From Thermoplasmata archaeon HGW-Thermoplasmata-1 (GTDB taxonomy: Archaea; Thermoplasmatota; E2; GCA-002838935), in NCBI GenBank assembly GCA_002838935.1, contig PGXE01000001.1, positions 1 to 32,320 on the forward strand: 32,320 nt of DNA, in the 5' to 3' direction. The stretch's first letter is position 1. Each line of letters begins with the position of its first letter. The notes under the pieces are model-generated. The model searched no databases, had not been told where the DNA came from, and was given only the letters and a program-made list of their open reading frames with translations. The position numbers and the translations under genes were made by a program. Shown here one piece after another: positions 1-7,866 of this stretch.

Positions 1-99
1 ATTCGAGAAATATGGCCGGCCTTTATATATGAGAATCAGATGATCATTTATAAACTATTTAAATGAAATACCTGAAAAAGACAATCGTGCCACACAGCA
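1..99. mobile_element. End of an insertion sequence (partial, runs off the window); terminal inverted repeat at 83-99
   Basis: 83-99 AATCGTGCCACACAGCA is the exact reverse complement of 32223-32239 TGCTGTGTGGCACGATT. Bases 1-82 are AT-rich with TATA-like boxes (TTTATATAT 22-30, TTTATAAA 47-54). The ABC permease frame loses membrane-protein character at this junction. Confidence 0.8.
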
Positions 100-894
100 G
101 TTGTATGCGGACAGCGCGGATGCGAAGAGCAGAATTACGAGAGGGATTGCAACCCCGTAATATATCGGTTCGAGCGTCCCGGCCATTGGCGAGTTGTTCT
201 CGAAGTAGTAGAATATGGTCGCCTTCTGCGCATCCGCGAACTTTTCAACGATTGGCGCTATGAGGTTGACAAGCCAGGTGAATCCCGCGAGCATGATCCC
301 TATGCCCATTGCCGCTTTCCTCCTGCCCGATATGGCCGAACCGAGGAATGCCATGCCGCCAAATACCATGCATGCGGGTGCGGCATCAAGCACCTCGAGG
401 AGCAGGTCGCCGGGGTCTGACACGAAGCCCTCGGTCAGTGCCGCCGCAATCTCCATAGACCCTCCGATGAAAAGCAGTATGAGCAGCAGCCCGCCGACGA
501 CCGCAAGATATTTTTCGGTCGCGATCCTCCAGCGCTTCACGGGCTGGGCCATCAGCAGATCGATGGTGCGTTCCTCCTCTTCGCCCGCAAGCAGTTTGGC
601 GCACTGCGTCACGGCGAATATTGAGAGTGCGATGCCGAGGAATTTGAGGAACTCCATCTGGAGGAAACCGTGCGGCGTCATCATGTCCTCGAACTCGCCG
701 AACATCTTTTTCATGGCATCCGGCATGGTTTCCCAGAATCCTTCAATGCCTTCTGTCCCACTCTCTCCCCCTTCCCCTAGGAAAACAGGATAAATTGCGA
801 CCATCATGACGCCGTAGAGAGCGAATGCCACCCCCCATCCGACGAGCGCCCACTTCATGTCCTTTAGGGTCTTGCTGAAGATGTGGAATCCCAT
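55..894 (-). CDS. ABC-2 type transporter permease; native C-terminus apparently replaced by IS-derived sequence
   Basis: About 6 TM segments with the GEEEERTIDLLMAQPVKRWRI motif typical of ABC-2 permeases. It abuts the ATPase (TGA 897-895, ATG 894-892). The last 14 aa (CCVARLSFSGISFK) are read from the IS end. Confidence 0.88.
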   Translation of the reverse strand: MGFHIFSKTLKDMKWALVGWGVAFALYGVMMVAIYPVFLGEGGESGTEGIEGFWETMPDAMKKMFGEFEDMMTPHGFLQMEFLKFLGIALSIFAVTQCAKLLAGEEEERTIDLLMAQPVKRWRIATEKYLAVVGGLLLILLFIGGSMEIAAALTEGFVSDPGDLLLEVLDAAPACMVFGGMAFLGSAISGRRKAAMGIGIMLAGFTWLVNLIAPIVEKFADAQKATIFYYFENNSPMAGTLEPIYYGVAIPLVILLFASALSAYNCCVARLSFSGISFK

Positions 895-1842
895 TCACAC
901 GCCCCCGTTGTAGTAGGTCATGAAAACCTCTTCCAGGTCGGGCTCGTGGCTTATGAAGTCGATTACGTCGTATGCGGCGGCGGCTCTTATCAAGGGGCCT
1001 ATTGCACCCTGAACCGTGCAACGCACCATATCCTTCTCGGCTGCTATGTCGCTGACACCGGGAACTCCAAGGAATGGACCTGTACCGGGGCTTCTATCAA
1101 AAGTCATCTCGACCCGCCTCCTTGCGATTTCCTTTAGCTGCGCCACCTTCCCTACAGTTGCGAGTTTCCCCTCGCGTATTATGCCGAATCGGTCGCAGAC
1201 GCGCTGGACCTCGGGCAGTATGTGGGAGGAGATGAATACCGTGGCGCCGCGTTTTGTCGCCTCGCGTATCATGCGGTGGACCTCCTGCTGCATCAGGGGG
1301 TCGAGGCCGGAGGTCGGCTCGTCGAGTATGAGGAGCGGCGGGCGGTTCATAAATGCCTGTATTATCCCTATCTTCTGCTTGTTGCCTTTGGAGAGGTCGC
1401 CTATATTCCTCTCAAGTTCGTCTTCGCACCTCAGCCTGCCTGTGAGATGTTTTACATAACTCCAGTCCGCGCCTCCGCGCAAGCTTGCCACGAATTTGAG
1501 GAACTGCCACCCCGTCATGTTTTCGTAAAGCGAGAATTCGCCCGGAAGGTAGCCGACGCGCTTTCTTATCTCAAGACTGTGCGTCCGGTGGTCATGCCCG
1601 AAGATGCGCGCGGCTCCGCCCGTCGGCCTTATGAAATCCAGGATGGTTCGTATGAGCGTCGTCTTGCCTGCGCCGTTGGGACCGAGAAAACCGAACACTT
1701 CCCCTTCGTAAACGTCGAGGCTGAGGTCTATGACACCTCTTGATTTTCCATAGAATTTGGTAAGGTGGCGGGTGGAGATGACGCTTCTTCTGTTTATTGA
1801 AGTGTGAATTTGTTGATGGCCCGAAGAAACCTGTAATAACAT
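895..1842 (-). CDS. ABC transporter ATP-binding protein (ABC-2/multidrug type)
   Basis: Walker A GPNGAGKTT, signature LSKGNKQK, Walker B LILDEPTSGLDP, H-loop SSH, C-terminal PDLEEVFM. Start is uncertain, but 1842 is the only in-frame ATG before the domain. Confidence 0.93.
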   Translation of the reverse strand: MLLQVSSGHQQIHTSINRRSVISTRHLTKFYGKSRGVIDLSLDVYEGEVFGFLGPNGAGKTTLIRTILDFIRPTGGAARIFGHDHRTHSLEIRKRVGYLPGEFSLYENMTGWQFLKFVASLRGGADWSYVKHLTGRLRCEDELERNIGDLSKGNKQKIGIIQAFMNRPPLLILDEPTSGLDPLMQQEVHRMIREATKRGATVFISSHILPEVQRVCDRFGIIREGKLATVGKVAQLKEIARRRVEMTFDRSPGTGPFLGVPGVSDIAAEKDMVRCTVQGAIGPLIRAAAAYDVIDFISHEPDLEEVFMTYYNGGV

Positions 1843-1954
1843 AATAGGAGATTGAAGTAGATATTAGAAAAAGATTTGCGTTGCCGCGAGCATAGAATTG
1901 CGGTTGGGGGATATGGGAGAACAAGGGATGGGTTTTAGCTGTTCGGTTTACCGC

Positions 1955-4900
1955 TTATGCTTTCCCCATCTCTATTATGATTTTATCCCCTTCAATATCC
2001 CATTCCTTGCCGTTTGCAATCTCTTTTGCATCGACAAAACCGAATGACGAAGCGCGCGTTTCGCCTGCGATATGCTTTATCCACTCGTCGCCTAGAAGGC
2101 TCGTCCATTCCCCGGGCGCATTCACGAGAACGCCTATCCTGTCCTCTATGTGCAAATCGGCCTCCTTTCTCATCTCCTGTATCCTTCTGACGAGTTCGCG
2201 TGCGAGTCCCTCGGCCCGGAGTTCGTCGGTTATGTGCGTGTCCAGCATGAGCGAGAATTCGCCCACGTCCATCCTTCCGATCCCTTCCTTTTCGTGGGAT
2301 TCCAGCTTGAAGAACGAAAGGTCGAGTTCGTGTTCGCTTCCGCCAAGGTTTATCTTCACAGGCAGGCCCGCGGAAAGCGTTGCCGCTATCTTCTCGCCGC
2401 CCATCTCGTCGAGTATCGCCTTTACCTTGCCCGCGTCCGCTTTGAATGTCGGCCCGATCTTCGCGGGATTCGGCCTTGCCGTCTTCTCCATGAACGACGC
2501 GGCGTCCGGCGCGAACTCGACCTCCTTGACGTTTATCTCCTCTTTGAGTATGTCGAGCAGAGGCTCTATGTCCGCCCGTTCCTTAGCGGGACAGACGAGC
2601 GTCGCAAGGAACAGCGGCTGCCGCACCTTTATGTTTACCTTCGCCCGCAGAGCCCTTCCGCCTTCCGCAAGCTCCCGTATGCGCTCCATGCCGCGCTCCA
2701 GGTCCGGCAGGTCGAGTTTCTCGTCGTAGGACGGATAATCGGTGAGGTGGACCGACTGCGCCATCGCGCCCGTCCTGAGGTTTTGGTATATCTCCTCCGC
2801 GATGAACGGTATGAAGGGGGCAAGCAGCGCCGAGACCCCGGAAAGCACCTCCCACATAGTCGAGTAGGCGGACCGCTTGTCAGCCGTCATCTCCTCGCTC
2901 CAGAACCTCTTGCGGCTCCTCCTTACGTACCAGTTGGAGAGGTCTTCGATAACGAAATTCTCCATCGCCCGGGCCGCCCTGTGAGGTTCGAAGGAATCGA
3001 GAGCGAGCGTCGCTTCGCGGACAAGCGAGTTGAACCTGCTTAACAGCCACCTGTCGAGTAGTGGCCTCTTTCCAGCAGGAACGTAATGCGGGTCCCTGTC
3101 GAATCCGTCGAGTTCGGCATAGCTCGTGAAGAATCCGTAGGTGTTCCAGAGCGTCAGTATGAACTTGCCAAGCGCCTCCTTTATCGCGTCCTCGTAGAAC
3201 CGTTTCGGCATCCAGGGGGCGTTAGTCGAGGCGAAGTACCAGCGCGTGGCGTCCGCGCCCTCCCGGTCGAACACCGCCATCGGGTCGAGGTAGTTGCGCT
3301 TCGACTTGCTCATCTTGTTGCCGTCCTTGTCCAGCACGAACTCCATGACGAGGACGTTCCTGTATGGATTGCGGTTGAAGACGGCTGTCGATATCGCCAT
3401 CAGCGAGTAGAACCATCCTCTCGTCTGGTCTATCGCCTCGGAAATGAAATCGGCGGGGAAATTCTCCTCGAATTTCTCCCTGTTCTCGAACGGGTAGTGC
3501 CACTGCGCGAACGGCGCTGAGCCGGAATCGTACCACGTGTCTATGACTTCAGGAGTCCTCTGCATCGCGCCGCCGCACTTAGGGCAGCGCACGTCCAGTT
3601 CGTCAACGTAAGGCTTGTGAAGGTCGAGGTCATTCGGTGCGTTCTTCGAGAGCGAGCGAAGTTCTTCGATGCCGCCGACGCAAAGCTGGTGCCTGCACCC
3701 TTCGTTCCCGCACGTCCATATCGGCAGCGGCGTCCCCCAGTACCTGTCGCGGGAGAGCGCCCAATCCCTGACATCCGATATGAACGAGCCGAAGCGCCCT
3801 TCCTTCACGTGCGCCGGCACCCAGTTCACGTTCTCGTTGTTGGCCACGAGGTCGTCCTTTATCCTGCTCATGGCTATGAACCACGATTCCCTTGCGTAAT
3901 AGATAAGCGGCGAGTCGCAGCGCCAGCAGAAAGGATACTGGTGCTTGTGCATCTTCCTTGCCACGAGGAGTCCGCGCGCCTTCAAGTCCTCGATTATCTT
4001 CTCGTCAGCGTCCTTGACGAACATGCCCTTCCACGGCGTAACGGCATCGGGAAACGTGCCGTCGAGGTTGACTAACTGTATTACGGGAAGGCCGTAGAGC
4101 TTTCCGACCTCGTAGTCGTCCTCGCCGAAAGCGGGCGCTATGTGCACTATGCCGGAGCCGTCCTCCATGGTCACGTACTCGGCGAGCGTAACGAAGTGTG
4201 CCGGCTTGTCAGGCTTTGCGAAATCGTAGAGCGGCTCGTAGCGCATCCCTTCAAGGTCGCTTCCCATGTAGCGTTCGACCACCTCGTATTTCTCGTTCTT
4301 GAACATCTCTTTGGCTCTTGTCTCGGCCATCACCAGAAGTTCGCCGGTCCCCCTTTTTATCCGGGCGTAGGTCTCACGCGGATGGACCGCAAGCGCGACG
4401 TTGGAAATAAGGGTCCAGGGCGTGGTGGTCCAGGCCAGGAAATAGGATTCCGGCTCTACGCCCGCCATGCGGAACTTGACGAATACCGAAGGGTCCGAAA
4501 TCTCCTTGTATCCTTGCGCGACCTCGTGGCTTGAGAGCGCTGTCCCGCAGCGCGGGCAGTAGGGTATGACCTTGTGGCCGCGATATAGAAGACCCTTTTT
4601 CCATATCTCCTTTAGCGACCACCAGACGGATTCGATGTAGTCGTTCTTCAGGGTGATGTAGGGATCGTCCATGTCGAGCCAGTAGCCAAGGCGCGACGAC
4701 ATCTCCCGCCACGCCTTCTCGTAGTGGAAGACAGACTCGCGGCAGTGCTCGTTGAACTTGGCTATACCGTAGGCCTCGATGTCCGTCTTGTCCTTCAGGC
4801 CGAGCTTCTTTTCGACCTCTATCTCGACAGGAAGGCCGTGGGTGTCCCAACCCGCCTTGCGCAGGACGTAGTGCCCCTGCATCGTCTTGTAGCGGTTGAA

Positions 4901-5101
4901 GAGGTCCTTCATCACGCGCGTGAGGACGTGCCCCGGGTGCGGCATGCCGTTAGCGGTCGGCGGCCCTTCCAGAAATACGAACGGCGCACAGGTCTTGCGG
5001 TTCTCTATCGACTTCCTGAAGATATCCCCCTCTTTCCAGAAACAGGATACTCTCTTCTCGACTTCGAGGGGGGTGTATTTCTTCGGGGCTGCCTTTATCA
5101 T
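1955..5101 (-). CDS. ileS: Isoleucine--tRNA ligase (archaeal/eukaryotic type)
   Basis: EGPPTANGMPHPGH (HIGH-like), GWDTHGLP, WTTTPWTL, DWALSRDRYWGTP, DQTRGWF, KMSKS. RBS GAAGGTG lies 7 nt before ATG 5101. Confidence 0.98.
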   Translation of the reverse strand: MIKAAPKKYTPLEVEKRVSCFWKEGDIFRKSIENRKTCAPFVFLEGPPTANGMPHPGHVLTRVMKDLFNRYKTMQGHYVLRKAGWDTHGLPVEIEVEKKLGLKDKTDIEAYGIAKFNEHCRESVFHYEKAWREMSSRLGYWLDMDDPYITLKNDYIESVWWSLKEIWKKGLLYRGHKVIPYCPRCGTALSSHEVAQGYKEISDPSVFVKFRMAGVEPESYFLAWTTTPWTLISNVALAVHPRETYARIKRGTGELLVMAETRAKEMFKNEKYEVVERYMGSDLEGMRYEPLYDFAKPDKPAHFVTLAEYVTMEDGSGIVHIAPAFGEDDYEVGKLYGLPVIQLVNLDGTFPDAVTPWKGMFVKDADEKIIEDLKARGLLVARKMHKHQYPFCWRCDSPLIYYARESWFIAMSRIKDDLVANNENVNWVPAHVKEGRFGSFISDVRDWALSRDRYWGTPLPIWTCGNEGCRHQLCVGGIEELRSLSKNAPNDLDLHKPYVDELDVRCPKCGGAMQRTPEVIDTWYDSGSAPFAQWHYPFENREKFEENFPADFISEAIDQTRGWFYSLMAISTAVFNRNPYRNVLVMEFVLDKDGNKMSKSKRNYLDPMAVFDREGADATRWYFASTNAPWMPKRFYEDAIKEALGKFILTLWNTYGFFTSYAELDGFDRDPHYVPAGKRPLLDRWLLSRFNSLVREATLALDSFEPHRAARAMENFVIEDLSNWYVRRSRKRFWSEEMTADKRSAYSTMWEVLSGVSALLAPFIPFIAEEIYQNLRTGAMAQSVHLTDYPSYDEKLDLPDLERGMERIRELAEGGRALRAKVNIKVRQPLFLATLVCPAKERADIEPLLDILKEEINVKEVEFAPDAASFMEKTARPNPAKIGPTFKADAGKVKAILDEMGGEKIAATLSAGLPVKINLGGSEHELDLSFFKLESHEKEGIGRMDVGEFSLMLDTHITDELRAEGLARELVRRIQEMRKEADLHIEDRIGVLVNAPGEWTSLLGDEWIKHIAGETRASSFGFVDAKEIANGKEWDIEGDKIIIEMGKA

Positions 5102-5191
5102 CAAAACGCACCTTCATAAAGCTCGATATACTTAAGCAGAATGGGGGAACGGTTAAAAATGGTTTTGGGGAGGGAATCCCGCCCTGCGGCA

Positions 5192-5932
5192 TCAAAGGGA
5201 ACCTATCTTTTCAAGCAGACGCACCATCTCCCCGGTGAACGGATGCTCCGGGTTTTCCCTTACAAAAACGCTCGAACTGAAGCTCTGCGGGAGTTCGCAG
5301 TAGCAGGGTATCGCGGCGAGCATCGGCGCGTCTATCGCATTTGCAACCCTCTCCGCGTGTTCCGGTCTTATCACTTTGTTTACGACGAGCCCCATCTTCT
5401 TCTGGAGACCGCCGTAGAACTCCTGTATGAGCCGCGATGTGCCGTCTATGTCGAAGTTGTCGGGCTTTGCGACCAGCAGTATCTTGTCTGCCGAGAGCAC
5501 GGCGTTTATCGATGCGTAGGTCACGCCCGGCGAGGTATCGATTATCACATAGTCGTAGTCTTTTAGCTCCTTCTTTGCCTGCATGAACCTCTTTAGCGAG
5601 TTGAGTTGCGCATTGCGATCGCTTGAAACCGATTTCCTTACAGCGTCCATCTCGGGGTTCGCGAGGCCGACCCGCAGTTCGCCCGAAACGCCGTTTCCAA
5701 GCAGGCCCGTCGCATCCGTCAGCACGTCGGGCACGCAGCCGTTGCCGTCGAGATAGTCGTTTAGCCACATCTCGCTTTTCATTGGTATTATGTTGTGCAG
5801 GTTCGGCGACTCCAGATCGAACTCCAGAAGGCAGACCCGTTTGCCCTGCATCGCCGCGACCGCCGCAAGATTTAACGAGATGTTCGTCTTGCCTGTCCCG
5901 CCCTTGTAGGAATGCACCACAATCGTATCCAT
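5192..5932 (-). CDS. MinD/ParA family ATPase
   Basis: Deviant Walker A HSYKGGTGKT, Walker B YDYVIIDTSPG, VVNKV motif; 246 aa. Confidence 0.92.
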   Translation of the reverse strand: MDTIVVHSYKGGTGKTNISLNLAAVAAMQGKRVCLLEFDLESPNLHNIIPMKSEMWLNDYLDGNGCVPDVLTDATGLLGNGVSGELRVGLANPEMDAVRKSVSSDRNAQLNSLKRFMQAKKELKDYDYVIIDTSPGVTYASINAVLSADKILLVAKPDNFDIDGTSRLIQEFYGGLQKKMGLVVNKVIRPEHAERVANAIDAPMLAAIPCYCELPQSFSSSVFVRENPEHPFTGEMVRLLEKIGSL

Positions 5933-5933
5933 A

Positions 5934-6299
5934 TCACTCGCCGCCCAAGTAGAAATAAACCTTCTTTGGCGCCTCGCCGGAAAGCTTTCCCCGTTCGCGC
6001 TTCACGTAACCGCGCCCCACGAGCTGGTTGAGATATGCCGATTCTATCGAACGCGAGCGCCCGGTTTTAGCCGAAACCTCCTCAGCCGTCGCCCTTTCGA
6101 GTTCGTAGAGGGACATGGCGCTCTGCCGCAGATGGTCGGGTAGTTCCAGCAGGGCCATGGCGTCAAGAGGACTGCCCTTTGATTTCGAAAAATCGGCGAT
6201 GCGCCTTCCGGTTACCCCCTGTTCTATTAGCTGTTCCATCTTTGAGTTCAACTCAACGAGATTGTCCCTTATCTGCTCGAGAAGCACCTCTATGTCCAT
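5934..6299 (-). CDS. Small DNA-binding protein: N-terminal coiled coil + winged helix-turn-helix
   Basis: Heptad-like N-terminus MDIEVLLEQIRDNLVELNSKMEQLIE; HTH ATAEEVSAKTGRSRSIESAYLNQLVGRGYV; wing KKVYFYL. ATG 6299 has a TATA-like box ~22-28 nt upstream. It ends 1 bp before the MinD/ParA start. Confidence 0.82.
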   Translation of the reverse strand: MDIEVLLEQIRDNLVELNSKMEQLIEQGVTGRRIADFSKSKGSPLDAMALLELPDHLRQSAMSLYELERATAEEVSAKTGRSRSIESAYLNQLVGRGYVKRERGKLSGEAPKKVYFYLGGE

Positions 6300-6422
6300 G
6301 AATCGTAATATGGCTTGCAGTATATTTGTTTTTATGTAAAACAGAACCACACTCGTTTTCCTTGGTTTTGCCTTATTTTTCATTGCAAACCCTTTTTTAA
6401 TGCGAACGGATTTTGGAAGTTC
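6300..6422. promoter_or_regulatory. AT-rich divergent promoter region with palindrome TGTTTT-N5-AAAACA (6327-6343)
   Basis: TATA-like elements on both strands (6321-6327 for the minus operon, TTTTTTAA 6393-6400 for the plus gene), each ~22 nt from an ATG. Confidence 0.55.
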
Positions 6423-7643
6423 ATGCGAAACGGGAAAGGGACGGGGGTGATACGTCGCATTGTCGTACAGTCTGCCTGTTTTAGCTCCGTAGCCGTATCC
6501 TTCGTAGTTTTGCAAAATCACCTTCCACTGCTCTCTTCCGCCGGCAGGGCGTTTGTCAACGTCTCGCTGTTCCCCCTTTTCATCGCCCTTCTTGCGGTGA
6601 CCCTGATTGCGCTGCGGTTGTCACGCGCCAGACTCGCAGTGTCTGTTATAATAAATCTCTCAATCTCGGCGTCCCTGCTTTTATCCATGGCTATTTCGTC
6701 GATAGCGGGAGCAGCGGCAAGCCCGGTTCTAGTATTAATAGCGCTCGCGCAGGCTGGTGCCGGCTACGTAACCGGATTTGCGCCATTGTCGGAATACCTG
6801 CCGCGTTCGAAGCCGCAGGATTACATCCGCCACGCTTTAATCGCTTCCGCGTGTCTGGGCGGAACGATTGCGGTATTTCAATCGGTCTATATCGTTTCGG
6901 CGTCGCTTCTGTCATTGTCCGACATTTCTGCGCCATTCTCAATCGCGGCACCGCTCTTGCCTGTGCTTGTCCTCTGCATATCGCTTTTGGCTGTCGCTCT
7001 CGCGTCCGCGTTTCGCATTGACTATCGGGAAATCGACAGGTCGGAGGATTGTGAAATCGTCCGCCACACGCCGAGCGCAGTGCAAATCGCGGTGGCTGCG
7101 ACCTTCTTTGCGATGATGCTTTTTTCATTCGGCATCGCCTACGCCCATAACTACGACTCACTGCCCCAGACGGGATACGCAGTGCTATTTACCGGACTTG
7201 CGGCACTCGCCTTCACCCCTCTTTTCTGGCAGCTTGCGAAAAACAGGAAGATACAAACCACATTTTACCTATGTGCTGTCGTGATAGGAATCTCGCTTGC
7301 CCTCCAGATAGGCCTTGGCGGCTCGATATCCAATTATATTATCGACGGTTTGATACTGGCCTGGCTTCCATTCTCCCTCGTTTACGTCTATGAGCTGGCA
7401 GGCCGAAAGGACGCAGATGCCGTGACCGTCGGCAGCGCTTCGATACCGCTGCTTCTATTTGCAGGAAGCACGGTGGCAAGATTTTTCGGTGGCACGGGGC
7501 CGCTCATAATAGGCGCCACAATAATCGCATTCTCGGTGGTTTTCGCGGCAGCGCTCCCCCACGTAGAGACGCGGCTTTCGGAAAGCGACGAGATGCGCGA
7601 TTATCTTGAAGCCGCGAAAAGGGAGAAAGGATCGCTTGATTGA
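6423..7643 (+). CDS. Polytopic membrane protein, MFS-like (about 6+6 TM with central hydrophilic loop)
   Basis: About 12 hydrophobic segments split by a charged loop (DYREIDRSEDCEIVRH); charged C-terminal helix. No clear MFS motif A. Start chosen from TATA spacing. Confidence 0.68.
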   Translation: MRNGKGTGVIRRIVVQSACFSSVAVSFVVLQNHLPLLSSAGRAFVNVSLFPLFIALLAVTLIALRLSRARLAVSVIINLSISASLLLSMAISSIAGAAASPVLVLIALAQAGAGYVTGFAPLSEYLPRSKPQDYIRHALIASACLGGTIAVFQSVYIVSASLLSLSDISAPFSIAAPLLPVLVLCISLLAVALASAFRIDYREIDRSEDCEIVRHTPSAVQIAVAATFFAMMLFSFGIAYAHNYDSLPQTGYAVLFTGLAALAFTPLFWQLAKNRKIQTTFYLCAVVIGISLALQIGLGGSISNYIIDGLILAWLPFSLVYVYELAGRKDADAVTVGSASIPLLLFAGSTVARFFGGTGPLIIGATIIAFSVVFAAALPHVETRLSESDEMRDYLEAAKREKGSLD

Positions 7644-7866
7644 CATGGAACTGGATAAATGAATCGATTGGTAAGCGGGAGACTGGGACGGGCGGCTTTT
7701 CGCGAACAGCCGGGCATTCTGTTGAACAAAATATCATCTGGCGGTCAAAAAAACATTTAAGCCGGCAACGCGCTATGGTATGATGTGAAAAAACATCCCG
7801 GCGACTTTCGTCGGCGGGGCGAAAACTGAAAAACCAGGATAGAATCAAACGAAATGGGCGATTGAG

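Noticed and set aside
6300-6521. N-terminal extensions making the wHTH and membrane genes overlap head-to-head
   Set aside because: TATA spacing supports ATG 6299 and ATG 6423; the extensions just cross the AT-rich promoter.
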